This document shows, piece after piece, positions 50,178 to 62,740 of a stretch of DNA of 64,000 nucleotides. The DNA comes from Antechinus flavipes (lineage: Eukaryota). The stretch spans positions 544,856,001 to 544,920,000 of the forward strand of contig NC_067398.1 in assembly GCF_016432865.1 (NCBI RefSeq), read 5' to 3'. The position numbers and the translations under genes were made by a program. The notes under the pieces are model-generated. The model did no database searches, was not told the DNA's origin, and was given only the letters and a program-made list of their open reading frames with translations. The first letter of the stretch is position 1. Each line of letters starts with the position of its first letter.

Positions 50178-50933
50178 GAACCTGACCTGACTAATTGGAC
50201 TAAGAGCAAAAACCAAAGACTTTTAGTTGAGAAAAATGATCAAGTTAATCACAGCTGTTTTCTCGGTGCTTTTAATGTGGAATACGAGACTGGAGTGCTT
50301 TAGTGAAAAGAATGGGTATTGGTTGAATGTTTCAGGGGCATTCTATTCATAGGCAAGTCTGGAAGGGCTAGAAAGATATCAAATAACCTAGTTACATGTT
50401 AGCCCTGGGTATCTCTTTCTAAAGAGTTAGAATACATCCCAGAAGAAGAATGGAAACAACGAAATGCAGATGGCAGTGTTGGTAGCAACAGGAACAGCTA
50501 ATGTGAAAAAAACAACAAAAGAACTCCTTGCAAATGGAGAATTGATTTGATCACTTGAAGGTATTTGTAGTAGAGTAAGGGAATACTTCAAGAAGGACAA
50601 ATTGATAATCAAACCACCAATCAAGGAACTGAAGAACAATGAGGCACAGAAGCAACCATGTTGAGGAACATATCCAAGTCAAAAGACTGACTTTTGCTGG
50701 TAATGTGAATCTTGTGAACTGATCAGATCTGGGATAAAGGCAAGGAGAAACAAATTCTCTAGTAACCTCATGTTCTTCACCCATTTAACAGTGGAAGAAT
50801 TGAACCCCAACTGATAAATTGGGAGGACTGAAAAAATTCCTGTAGCACAGGAACCAAAGAGAAAACTTCATCAGTAAGGGAACTTGAATGAGCTTGTCTA
50901 AATATTCATTTAATGTGAATTCTTTGGGTATTT
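50178..50933 (+). pseudogene. Unclassified decayed mRNA-like or multi-copy segment (possible processed pseudogene or unrecognised repeat)
   Basis: Purine-rich + strand with protein-like stretches (e.g. SKELEYIPEEEWKQRNADG, EKIPVAQEPKRKLHQ*) broken by stops; the 3' end exists in at least three versions. Parent not recognised. Confidence 0.3.
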
Positions 50934-50954
50934 TGGTTGCTTAAAATGTAATAT

Positions 50955-51075
50955 CTGGAGAAGGAAATAGCCAACCACTCAAGTATCTTTGTCAAGAAAA
51001 CTCCATGGACAAAATTCATTGAGTCACATAGAATCAGACATGACTGAATGATTAAACAATAACAACAGCAACAAT
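50955..51075 (+). mobile_element. RTE/MAR1-type tail fragment
   Basis: CTGGAGAAGGAAATAGCCAACCACTCAAGTATCTTTGTCAAGAAAACTCCATGGAC...GACATGACTGAATG...CAACAA. Confidence 0.75.
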
Positions 51076-52699
51076 GTCATGTTGGGACTAAATGACGTCT
51101 GAGATCCCTTTCCAAACTTACATGTATGATTTAATGCTCTTGTTTCTTAAAGTTTAACAGAACATGGCTCATATAACACACAGCACACTTGGAGTCAGAG
51201 AACGTCACAATCTAAAGCCTGATTCTACTATTTACTTTTTAGTTACTTTGATCAAATCGCTTAATCTCTGTGTGCTTCTTTCTCTTCATTTATAAGATGA
51301 AAGGGTTTTATCAAGCTAGAAAAGATAACAAATGTCATTGCTAAGGTGGCTAGGGGAGAACAGGAAGAATAGTTATCCTTTCCATATCAAGGAGCTTAGG
51401 GAAACAGTTCCCATTATCTGGAAAATCCATGTAAAACTGTTTAGCCATTTCTTCATACCAAAGAAGTCTGAATTATTATGGTATTAAAAGATAAAACATG
51501 CTGATATTTTGTAATACCATACATATATTTTATGCATTTTTGAATTTCTAAACTTTTACTATATCATCTTCTGGTCTTCGCATGTTTTCTGTGGCTTCCA
51601 CAAAATTTCCAAGAAATTCCCATTTAATTTCCTTTGCTGATCCATGACAAAATATGATGGATATAGCCATGATGTAGAAGGGATTCACTTACCTAATAAA
51701 CTTTGCATTGATTTGTTGTTCTGAAAACAATTTAAAATTATTCCAGGAGAGTTACAGAATTGCTCATACATTTTACTATTCTCCTACTGTTGTCTTATTC
51801 TTGGACAAGTGACATGAAGCCTATCACTAGACCTATATTTGAAGTCATTTCCATTGGGTAGAATTGGTCAAAGCATTCGCCCTCTTTGTTATAGGTTTCC
51901 TTACAACTATGAAGCATAGAGGATAGCATTTGTGTAAGTGGTTTGTAAATAGTATAAGTAAATTGAATAAAAATCTGATTTCCATCAACCTGAATATACT
52001 ATTAACCACTATTTCCATAATCCTACATTATAATCATAAAAAATGCCTAATTATGGGTCTGGGTCACTTTAAGATCTTAAAGTGACTTTTGAATCATCAA
52101 AGATAAATTAAATTATGTTTGGTACAAGGTGAATATAGAGTATTTCAATGTATCCTAATTATATGCAAATTGCTAATCTGTGTATGGTACATATGGTAAC
52201 TCTCTATAGCCCTAATATTTGATTAACCACAGTACCCCACTCCCTAGCAAAGCTGAATATCAGAGCTTATCATATTTCTCTGTTTAAACATATTGTTGAA
52301 TGTGGAGATACACATTCTTCATATGACTCACTAGGGGACCTACCAGATATTAAACCAGGTTTTTAAAGTGCGCCTTTAACCACATTCATCACTTTCATTA
52401 CTAAAGTGCTCTGGGGTGGGAGAATTATTTGAAGTTTAAATCATTCATTTAAAAGACTGAAATACTACATAATTTTCTGTCTGTTGATGGACTTTTTTTA
52501 GGAGTATAAATACAAATATTACAAAGGTTCATTTGAAAAGACAAATTAAGTGGCACCGACATAGATCAAGTGAATAAGACTATGTCCTGGACCAACAAGT
52601 CCCTAGGGAATTCTTGAGAGAGGAAATACCCTCTAACAATACAGGTCAGCAACTCCTTAGCAAATCATAAGGTTGTCCAGAGCAAAACTGTCAATTGTT

Positions 52700-52896
52700 G
52701 AGTTGCTGAGGTCAGCATTTCCTAGCACAGCCAATAAGATTCAAAAGTAATTGAGAAATATTGGTCAAAATAAAAAAAAATTACAAAAGAACATAGATAA
52801 TGTGAATATGTGACTTTTCCAAGTCAACATGCTACCCACAAAAATCCCTGTGTATAGTTTAGTGGCCCCCAATTTCATCTGAATTTGACACCACTG
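52700..52896 (-). mobile_element. hAT-type MITE, same family as 36498-36735
   Basis: Reverse complement begins CAGTGGTGTCAAATTC...GGGGGCCACTAAAC...GCATGTTGACTT...ATTATCTATGTTC. Confidence 0.55.
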
Positions 52897-53099
52897 GCCT
52901 AAATCATTGACAGGTTAAATGACTGATCTGGAATCACTTAGAAATATGTTTCAGAAAATGAATGAACCCAGGTTTTCCTAACTTCAGAGGTAACTTTTTC
53001 TACTCTCCACTATGCTGTCTCTCATTCCAAATATAGAGGATTAATAATGATAAAAATGATGTATATAATAATTTCCTATCTGTACACTGCTTTAAAATA

Positions 53100-53760
53100 C
53101 CAATATCACTAGTATCAAAAGACCTAGATTCAAACCCCACGTTTAATGGATGAAATACAACTTTTGTGATTTCAGTTCATTTATTTTCCTTGGTCAAGTC
53201 ACTTAAGTCTCCATTTCCTCAACAATAAAGTGAGATGTTGAGCTAAATGACCTCTAAGGTCACTTCTAGCTCTATCTAGATCTATAAACTTTTGAAGTGA
53301 GGGATCCCAGAAGCCATTTAGTCCAAACCATTTGAGACAAGGAATAGTCTTGATAGCATCCCAAATTAATGGCCATCTTTTTCATAACATCTCCAAAAGT
53401 AAAATAACCTTTATTTGAAGACCTCTGCTGAGGGAAAAACTCACTATCTCTCAAAGCATGCTATTTTACCTATGGGTGACTCTAATCATTATAAAAACAT
53501 TACCCTTATTTCAAGCTTAAATATACCTCTTTACAACTTCCATTCATCCCCTTATGTTTTACACTCAGAATCTAAAGAAAGCAAGTCTCCCAGTAAGAGT
53601 CCTTCAAATATTTGAGAACAATGGTAAAGTCATTTGTTCTGTGTAATTTTCTCTTCTCCAAAGTAAACCTGTCCTGGACCTTCAATTAATCCAAATAATG
53701 TGTAATCTTGAGGTTCTTCACCATCATGATATCAGTCTTCTTAATATTTTCCAGTTTACC
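53100..53760. mobile_element. MIR3 (+, 53100-53280) tail-to-tail with CR1/L3 (-, 53285-53760)
   Basis: GACCTAGATTCAAA...GACCTCTAAGGTCACTTCTAGCTCT, then the L3 antisense 3' region (TTGAAGACCTCTGCTGAGGG...TTTACAACTTCCATTC). Confidence 0.65.
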
Positions 53761-53942
53761 AAAATCCTTCCTAAAATCTGTTTCCCATATTTGCAATTTT
53801 CACATGAAATCTCTGTGAGTTAGTTAAATGTATCAAGTATTTATTTATTCAATGCCTACTATCTTCCAATCACAATGTTGGGTGGGATAAAGCAATCTGC
53901 ACTCACTTAATGAGGAAGACAACAACAACAAAACATATATAT

Positions 53943-53946
<4 letters not shown>

Positions 53947-53977
<31 letters not shown>
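53947..53977. repeat. (CA)n microsatellite
   Basis: Read directly from the sequence. Confidence 0.95.
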
Positions 53978-53980
<3 letters not shown>

Positions 53981-54639
53981 AATAAAAACTGAAAAATACA
54001 ATATAGTTGAGGAAAAAGAGGAGAAAAAAATGCTAACAGCTAGGAATCAGGAAAGATTCCACGAAGAAGGTAGAGGTTTCATGTGGAAATTATCTAAAAA
54101 GTGGAATAATTCAATCATTTTCACTCAAATTCAAAAGGCCATGGAATGAATGATCTCAGAAAAGGGGAAAAAAACTGAGAATTAGTGAGCAATTTTTCTG
54201 TCGTGGCATCTAACCCACCTCAGGGCTAAAATTGGCTCTACTGGAGAGCAATACAAGAATAATGCCTTCTTGACCCATAACCAGAGTAAGGATGCTGGAA
54301 TGCATATATAGTAGATAGATATATAAGAAAATTTACTGAGAAGCAGCACCCCATAATGGTTAGAGTCTGACCAGCCATGGATCTGGATTCAAGTCCTTCC
54401 TTTGATGCATACTAGCTATGCAATTTTGAATAAGTCATTTAATCTGTTGATGACATTTAGAGACAAGATGCTGATCTCACCACACTGACACAATCACAAG
54501 TCCAGATCCTCTCTTACATCCAAAATGTTTGCAAGTCGTATCAATAGATACTAATTTCCTGGGTCTTAAGTTAGCATTTTCTCCATGGTTTGCTAATTCC
54601 TAAAATGATATTTAAAATTAGTATTCATTTCAGTAGGAT

Positions 54640-54840
54640 TGAGGAAGAGAAAAGGGAGGAGGAGGACCAGAAGAAAAGGAAGAGTAGGAGGAGGAAATGG
54701 AAGAGAAAGAGGAGAAAAAGGAAAGGAAAAAGAAGAGGAGGAAGGAGGATGAACAAGAGGACGAAAAGAAGAAAGAGGAACAGGAAAAAGAAAAGGAGGA
54801 GGCGGAAATGGAAGAAGAGGAAGAAGTGCAGGAGGAGAAT
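54640..54840. repeat. GGA/GAA purine-rich low-complexity tract
   Basis: Read directly; it generates the spurious Arg/Lys-rich ORF 54590-54913. Confidence 0.9.
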
Positions 54841-54899
54841 TGTTCATAGGTCTTCAGATATCATTCAATGTACCATACTTTTGAAAAGAACCTTAGAGT

Positions 54900-55275
54900 T
54901 AATCAATAAATAAACATTTATCAAGCATCTACTATGTGTTAGGCACTGTACTAAGTGCTGAGGATATAACAAGAGGCATAAGACAATGACTACCCTCAAG
55001 AAGCTTACATTCTAATAGAGGAGTAAACATATAAGCTATATACAGGATAAATATAGTTGAATCATTTTTCACTTCATGTTCAACTCTCTGTGTCCTTATT
55101 TGAGGTTTTATTGGCAAAAACTACTGGAGTGGTTCACAATTTCTTTCTCCAGCTCATTTTATAGATAAGGAAACTGAGGCAAATAGGTCTAAGTGACTTG
55201 CCCATAGTCACACAACTGATTAGAGTCTGAGGCCAGATCTGAAGACAAGAAAATGAATCTTTCAGACTATCCAAC
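54900..55275 (-). mobile_element. L2 tail (54900-55030) and MAR1-like SINE (55075-55275)
   Basis: AATAAACATTTATCAAGCATCTACTATGTGTTAGGCACTGT; TTGGCAAAAACTACTGGAGTGG...CTCCAGCTCATTTT...GAAACTGAGGCAAA. Confidence 0.75.
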
Positions 55276-55788
55276 CTGTAAAGGATAACTCTCTGACACA
55301 GAGAACAAGTCCCTCCTGGAGGCACAGAACCTTCATGAAACATCAGTGGCACAGTACAGAGTGTGTCCCCCTCTATTATTATTATTTACTTTTTGCAGTG
55401 CTCTCCAAACAGCAGGCCATGGTAACCAGATTGCCAAGTCACAAGACCAGGTACCCCATCCCCTCCCATGAGGCCAGGAGAAACCCCTACAGTTTTCCTC
55501 CTATTTCTAAAAAGTGAAAAGTCAGCAAACCTCACAGGGGCTTGTTCTCTCAGGGGGCATCTCCAATGGGATGTACCGTTTCTCTTTATTATAAGGTCCA
55601 TACTTATTGTGACCACACCTTGGCATCCTTTTCCCCACTTTTCATTTTGAGCTGACAGCTCAGAAAAGTTCTGGTTCATCTCCTCAAAGTTTCTAAGGTG
55701 ACATAACTCTCTGGAAATGTCGCTGCTGAATTACACCAGGAGAGCAGAACATGCAAGACAGTGGGAGGCATCTCTATTAGTGACAGAC

Positions 55789-55789
<1 letters not shown>

Positions 55790-55840
<51 letters not shown>
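55790..55840. repeat. (CA)n microsatellite
   Basis: Read directly from the sequence. Confidence 0.95.
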
Positions 55841-55844
<4 letters not shown>

Positions 55845-57551
55845 CTTTGAAACCTTTCTGACCAAAAAAATCAATTCCTCCATGAGCCAAGGACACTTAC
55901 CTCTGCTCCTCAATAAGGATGTCAGGGTACCTGTGTCCTCCTTTGTTAGTTGATTTTGTAAGTGGTTCCATGCAGCCTCACTTTCCAAGCACCCATGGGT
56001 AGAAATAGCAGGTGTTTGATTTAATAGGGCTTAGTATAATCCAATATCTGCTATTCCTTACAACCAAAAGCCCACTGGACCTGTAGATTTTTTTCAGACA
56101 GGCAATAATTCTAAAGGCTGTTTTAACTTTAGATTGATAGATGGCTATCAGTTCTGAGAATCCATTTTCTGATCAATATTTGCAGGGGAATAGGGAGATA
56201 AGAGATTTTGAAAAATCTATTGATCACCTGAACAGCAACTGTTTGAAAAAGTGGACATTGGATCTTCCCCTATGTAAAAATGGCAGCAGCAAGGAAATAT
56301 GTAATAAGCTTCCCCCCCCCAAAGTAAGCCAAGATTAACCTGTCTCGTACAATATCATTTATTATCAGTCTAGGGAAAGAAATATAACTTTATATTGCCT
56401 TTTGAAGAAGAGATGAAAAACAAAAACCACAGGAACAGCTGTCTATGGGTTTGAGGTCATTTCTGGAAAATGTTTCATATTCTTCTGTAGCAAAAGCATT
56501 ATATATGGTCAATACAGTTTTTAAAATTATAGTTTTAAAAACACAAGTACCCATAAAAGAGGTTGGATCAAAGAAAAGTAGAGAATGGAAGTAAATCAGA
56601 GCACAATAGAAAAAAGATTAAAGAAAGTAACATCTTTGTTTTAATAAAATATAGAAACAGAAAAAAAAATTATGAAAAGGTTAGAAGTTTTTTCTGCTCT
56701 TGAACTCTAACTTCTATCACTTTTTCCCAAGATAGGAATAAGTCAATTATATAACACAGCATCACCTAATACAATTCTGTTCTCTGGCTCATCTTTGAAC
56801 ATACTTCTCTGTAGGTAGTCTTGACAAGTTGCCCTGTACATCAGCAAAGAAAACTTTTGCTACCTGTAGATCTGGAGAGCTCATTAAAAATACACCCTGT
56901 GAGAAGATGGAGAAGTCAATTTCTGTAAAATTCTCAGCTTTCTCCCTCTCTCATATTGTTTGGTAGCCATTTCTAAGCTTTTCTTTAGAAAAAGGGATTG
57001 CAAGGTCCACTGTTAATATATCACAGTTTTATCAGGCTGCTTGTCTCTTTTCCACAAAGAGAAACAAATTCTGCAGACATACCACATCAAATCTAGGCTC
57101 AAAAAAAATCTATTCACTGGTGAAACAAAGAAAATTGTAACGGCAATTAATAAACTAACATTTACTGCACTAATTAGCATCTCCTAGAGGGCCTGATTAT
57201 GTGTTTACTCCAGTTAAAGACTGCATGGTATGAGGAGAAAATACCCACATTTCATACATCAAAAAGCCTTTCTTTCTTATTTCCTCTTCCTCCCTTACTG
57301 TAGTTCAGCATGGAGGCAAGAGCATGAAGGAAGGTAGAATAATTCATTACCTTGTCTCCTACTGATTTGTATGTTCAACATTTTTTGAATAAATACAAAG
57401 TCATAAATTAGCTTGTAGCAAAATAGAATTAATTGAATGTCTTAAGTAGGATCATCAAACCAAGGTTTGAGTCAATTTATCTGCCTAAGATTTTGCTAAT
57501 GTAGTTTCAGCTCATTAGGGCGAGAGTTGATACTGCAGTTGAGACATGCAA

Positions 57552-57553
<2 letters not shown>

Positions 57554-57614
<61 letters not shown>
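57554..57614. repeat. Interrupted (CA)n microsatellite
   Basis: Read directly from the sequence. Confidence 0.95.
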
Positions 57615-57619
<5 letters not shown>

Positions 57620-58629
57620 AACTCACAAAGGAAAAAAACAAAATAACAGAAAAATCCAACTTCCCCTAGTTTGGGGAAGAAAATCTCTCCTATATTAGCT
57701 GACATATTACAAACCTTAAAGCAAATCCTGTTCATACCGTCATATCCCATGATTGAGGATATAGCGATGATTTCATGCCTTTGGAGGCATTTTCACATAT
57801 ATTGAGACTGAGAAAGGATTTTCCTAGAATCAACATTTTTCCAAAAATTCTTTCTAGACATCATAATGTTTCTGCATAAAAGAGAAACTACACTGTACAA
57901 TAATAATAATTGATGATGATGATAATGATGATGACATATCATCAGATTGATGCTTTCATTGGGAAATAGCATTCTCAAGCATCAGAAGAAAGCAAAGAAA
58001 ACTGTGCACAGGAAGGAGCTGTAGCAAAGCATTTCTTGCTCCACTCTTGCTGCAAAAGATCAGTATTAAGCCATGGATATGCCCCAGTTCAGCAGGAGTG
58101 TTTTCCTGTAGAAAAACATGATACTGATTGTTCTGCTTGATGGATGCTGGGGCATAAAACTGTACAAAGAGCTTTCTGATCAAGCCCTGAAATTTTTTAC
58201 CTCAAGTTTTCAGCTCATGGATGAGACAAGAAAATAGTAGACTTCCAGATAGAGCCATGTTCAATAAATAGCATAAAAGGAAAAGAAAGAGGAAAACAAA
58301 AGTAAGTGTATATTCAAGATGAAGGTGATACAAATAGTATATGGCAAAACTAAGTTTGAAAAGGGCTTATTATTTTATATGACTTTAATAGGGTTATTCC
58401 TCATAATCCCAGATTATGTCTTGAATGCCTCAATGTCTTGAAAATTCTATGGCAAATAAAATAAATAAAAATATTTTTTAAAAATAAAAAATGTAAAATA
58501 TTATGAATGTGTTGATCCAGATCAAATGAAACAAACAGGAGACTAATGAACCATGTTCTGCAATTTCATGAAATAATAATTCACATGGATTTTGCAGATA
58601 AAACCTATATTAAAGGATTAATGACATGG

Positions 58630-59420
58630 AGATAGAATCTTGAATTCTCAAAATTGGAAAGAAACTAAAAGGAAATCTTCTTCAATTCAAACCTGAATAA
58701 GAATCCCTGCTGTAGCATTCTAACAAGTGGATCACCCAGTCTTGGCTTGAACATTGCTAATAAGGGACAACTCATTACTTCATGAAGCCACCTGCTCCAC
58801 TTTTGGCTAGCTTTCATTGTTAAAAAAGATTTTCCTTAAACTAATCCCACAGCTGCCTCTTTGCAACTTCTTACTACCTGGGGTCAAGGAGACTAATTTA
58901 ATCCCCCTCTCACATAATATCTCAAAAGTCCTTCAAAATATATATGTAGACTCTTCAGTGACAAATAATTCTCTACCTCATGAACAGCTTGTTCCATTTT
59001 TGGAGATCTCCTATTATTGGGAAGGGAAGGTAGGTGGTTCAATGAATAGAGCACAGGGACAGGAGAGAGGAAAACTTGAATCCAAATCTGGCCTCAAACT
59101 CTTACTATCTGTGTGTTCCTGTGCAAGTCATTTAACCCTGTTTACTTCAGTTTCCTCATCGTAAAATTTTTTTAGAAGTATTTTTACCAAGAAAACCCCA
59201 AATGGGGTCACAAAAAGTCAGACACAATTGAATAATAATTATTGGGAAATCATTTTCCATGTAATAGTTTGAGTGAACATGATTTTCTCTGCTTACTCCC
59301 TCATGAAACAAAATTTCTTCCTTTGTAATCTCTACCTATTTTTCCTAGTTCTTTCCTCTAAAGCAATTTAAATAAGTTTAATTCCTTTTCCAAGTGACAA
59401 TCTTTCAACTATTTGAAGAC
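58630..59420. mobile_element. CR1/L3 fragments (-) flanking a MAR1-like SINE (+, 59024-59238)
   Basis: L3: AATCCCTGCTGTAGCATTCTAACAAGTGG...CTCTTTGCAACTTC; MAR1: GGTAGGTGGTTCAATGAATAGAGCAC...CCAAGAAAACCCCAAATGGGGTCACAAAAAGTCAGACAC. Confidence 0.7.
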
Positions 59421-59799
59421 AACTAGTTTATTAAAATTAATTCAAAGAACTTTGAGTGAGTATAAGAGAGGAGGTTGAATACTAAAAATATAAAATGGAA
59501 AGTAGGGTCATAGGATTTAGAGACAGAAGAAAATAGGATATTATAACACCCCATTTTTACAAATGAGAAAACTAAGATCAAGGCAACTTTAGGTGATTTG
59601 ACTTTGCCTTTAAACCCAAATTACTGTTTCTCACTGATTGGCCAATAATAAGTCCTAGTCCAAGCCTTATTGCTCATTGTTTGGGTTTTGATGAGAGAGT
59701 ATAAATGGTAATTATTTCCATTATGGCCAGGAACTCTAAGGATCTTGCCCTCCCAGACTGATTCTTTTGTGAAGGCAAACTTGGGCAATTTTTACCTAA

Positions 59800-60080
59800 A
59801 TTCTTACCTGTGTATAATTTTTGAATGGTTATTGCCTCAGACAAAGTTAGAACTAGCAAAGACCTCAGTTTATAAAGGCCAAAGTCTCTCACTGCATTCA
59901 GAGTCATCTCCTGTCATCCTGACCTATGTCTTGCCAGTGGACTCAGATAACTTGGGAGGAGAGGATAAAGCTAATGACTTTACTCAGCCCTGCCTCAAGT
60001 AAATCCAATTCACTTGCAAGTTAAGACATCACCCTCCTAATCTTATTGGTACTGTTGGAGAATGAAAGACAAACAAAGGT
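59800..60080 (+). mobile_element. Marsupial RTE-associated SINE (RTESINE/WALLSI-type)
   Basis: TTGCCTCAGACAAA...AAAGGCCAAAGTCTCTCACTGCAT...CTTGCCAGTGGACTCAGAT...CAGCCCTGCCTCA...AATCCAATTCACTTGCAAGT, ending GAGAATGAAAGACAAACAA. Confidence 0.65.
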
Positions 60081-60199
60081 AGCAAGTAACATAGCCAAAT
60101 GATATAAATCAAAGCTTTTAACTCCCAATTCAATGTTCTTTTAACTCTGTGAAATTATCTCTCCAACTTCCTGCCATCAAGAAGCTTTTAATTTTATAT

Positions 60200-61200
60200 G
60201 AGAGAATGTGATTTGTACATAAACAACTGCATCAAAATTCAGAAAATGATTCAGTGCTTATGAGAGATCAGTTAAGCCAGCATAAAAATTATACGAAGGA
60301 CAAAGTTCTTCTAGCTAGGAGAATAAAGTAAGACATCAAAAAGGACATATCATCCTGAAAGGAAGTTATTTCAGTGGGTAGATTCAGGGTGGAGAATCCA
60401 TTCCACAAATACAAGTTGGTAGTAAAAGTCAGATAAAATCATAAAATATTAACTAGCAAAGTTTAGTTGGATTATAAAGTAGGGTATAGTAGTCTTTGGT
60501 CAGCCACTAAACTATTGCAGCCAATTTCACTAAAACCTGATGAGTATATATTCACCTAGAAAGACAAAATATCCCAAGCAAAGTGGAATAATAAGAATCA
60601 CATGATAGCAAGAAAAATAGTCGTAAGGGTAGGAGATTTGGAGGGGCAATTGGGAGGATGCGTTGGAATATAAGAAAGAAAAAGCCCAGAAAAACAAGAT
60701 TTTCTAATAAAGAAGGGGAAAATTCCAGGGATATATAGCCCAAGTCATATTAAACCAATTTTAACAATTGTCCCAATGACTAGAGTACTAACCAGCATTT
60801 AAAGATAAAAGAAATCTGAAAGATAGAAGGTATTAGGAGTGAGAGAAAGGGACATTATTGCTCCTTGAATATGTAATTGGGATGTAGTATGAGTTTCTAG
60901 TTTCAGAGAGAGAAGAAAGGAGAGCCATTCATCTGCAGCTATGATTGGATTTAATTCTCCATCACATAGCCTTGATTCCTAAATCCTTTGATGATTCTCA
61001 GTGAAGATATAATTAGCACTATTGTAGTGTGGAGTGTGCTCATTCTGAGTTGAATATAGAACCAAGACCCCTATGACTAATTCAGAGGATCGGAATTTGG
61101 GTGGTTGCATTAAGAGGACCAAACTATCAAATAAGGTGACAGTAGAATCAAAGGATTTAAAGATTGCTTAGATATGGACAGTAAAGAAAAAAAGGAAGAT
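60200..61200 (-). mobile_element. Degraded L2 fragments
   Basis: GTAAGACATCAAAAAGG...; GATTTAAAGATTGCTTAGATATGG...TGAATCTGAGGTTTTGAGC, resembling antisense L2 ORF2. Confidence 0.4.
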
Positions 61201-61383
61201 TCATGGGTGAATCTGAGGTTTTGAGCATAGGTACTTGGGTGACAAAACTAAAAGTAATGGCTGTTTTGTTCTGTTTTGTTTTGGGAGAGTCAGAGAGGGA
61301 ATATGAAGAATCTTGAAAAATGTAAAAAAAAAAAAACTAGATTAAATTTTTTTAAATAAAATTTCCATTAAAATAGTAAAAAG

Positions 61384-61530
61384 AATTCCATGCCTTGGCT
61401 TCAACCAAGAGCAGCTTCATGGAGCAATCACATACTACTAAATCCAATAGATTTTGAAACTTGTGGATGTGATAACCCAAATATTTTTAGACAAACATTG
61501 TTTCCAGATTAGTTCTTCTATGGGATGTTC
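61384..61530. repeat. Copy A of an unclassified ~150-bp locally duplicated element
   Basis: Aligns with 62741-62900 in the same orientation; identical 22-mer AATAGATTTTGAAACTTGTGGA at 61446-61467. Confidence 0.8.
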
Positions 61531-62740
61531 TTCTAAGAAGAACAAAGACATAAAGAAGGTTCTCTTGAATTTATTTAGAGACTATAAGAGATTCCTCACA
61601 CAAATGTAATTTTGAATATAAGAACCTACAGAAGTTTTATCTGAATTGAATATATATATATGTATACACACACATATATGTGCATAGATGTGTTTGTGTA
61701 TGAACTTAAGCTTTGTAGACATCATGGCAGAGGACCAGCTTCAAAACTATGAAGGCTTGAATTCATGTCTTACCTCTGACATCCACTGAAGTCACGACCT
61801 CTCAGTGCCCCGGAATCCTAAAACTATAAATTTCAGAGAAGGTGCCAATCTGTATTGATGGAGGGCATTGCCTCTCCTTGGAGTTCCCTATAGCAATAAA
61901 ATAACAGTTTCCCTTATCTATATATCTTCATTTAACTGATGGTAGCAAACATTTATATAAGAGTTTAATGTGTGCAAAACATTTAACATATTTCATCTTA
62001 TTTGATCATGAGTATATAAGCAAATAAGATAGAATGTGTATGATATAGAAGATGGTAAATAGCCCCCAAGGCCAGAACATTATATCTGATCATTGGCTTC
62101 TGCTGGAAAGCATTAAATCCTTAAAATTATATACAATACCATATCCAATGGAAATAAAACTATTCTGGCAGTATTCATTATTTTAAGGATATAGGTATTT
62201 GTCAAAATTACAGATAACCTTGCCCAAATGAAAATAAATATCATACATATTTTGCAACTGTTCATTTTGGGTGAATTTACACTTGTGACCCAATAAATGT
62301 TTCTTTGGTGCCTCCCTGCCTCTGTCCCTCCTCTCAGGCCTATGTGTGGGCAACTCTGCTTAAACTGCTACCACTCACAACCAGACAGAGCTGCAATAAC
62401 AGCAAATGGTCCTTGGAAATCACAGCCACATTAGGCTCCTGTTCAAATAGCTTTTAGGGTTGTGATAATAGGAGGCATTCCTAATAACTGGTGACTCTGT
62501 GAGACCCTGCACAGAAGGCCTCCAAATGGCAGTATACCATTTAGATTTTAATCTAGCAACAGTGGAGATGATGAGATTCCAGCTGGGGACCTTCTGGTCC
62601 AAAGGCCAGTGCTCAGCCTTTCAATCAGAGACCCCCAAAGCTTCACTAGATTGATGAGTGGATGCCCCTGTTCTGTTTACTCATTCCCCTTTCATTTTGG
62701 GTCTGTACCATATCCCACTTGATTCTCTTCAACCTTATGA

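Noticed and set aside
54590-54913. Protamine-like Arg/Lys-rich ORF
   Set aside because: Product of a GGA/GAA low-complexity tract, not a protamine gene structure.
56817-56930. Acceptor TTCTCTGTAG followed by open frames
   Set aside because: No convincing donor, and the peptides are unrecognised and end in stops.
61436-61532. - strand exon reading of copy A (good acceptor, GTATGT donor)
   Set aside because: Stops occur in all frames, copy B lacks the same splice context, and A/B differences are non-synonymous or frameshifting, so it is not a duplicated coding exon.
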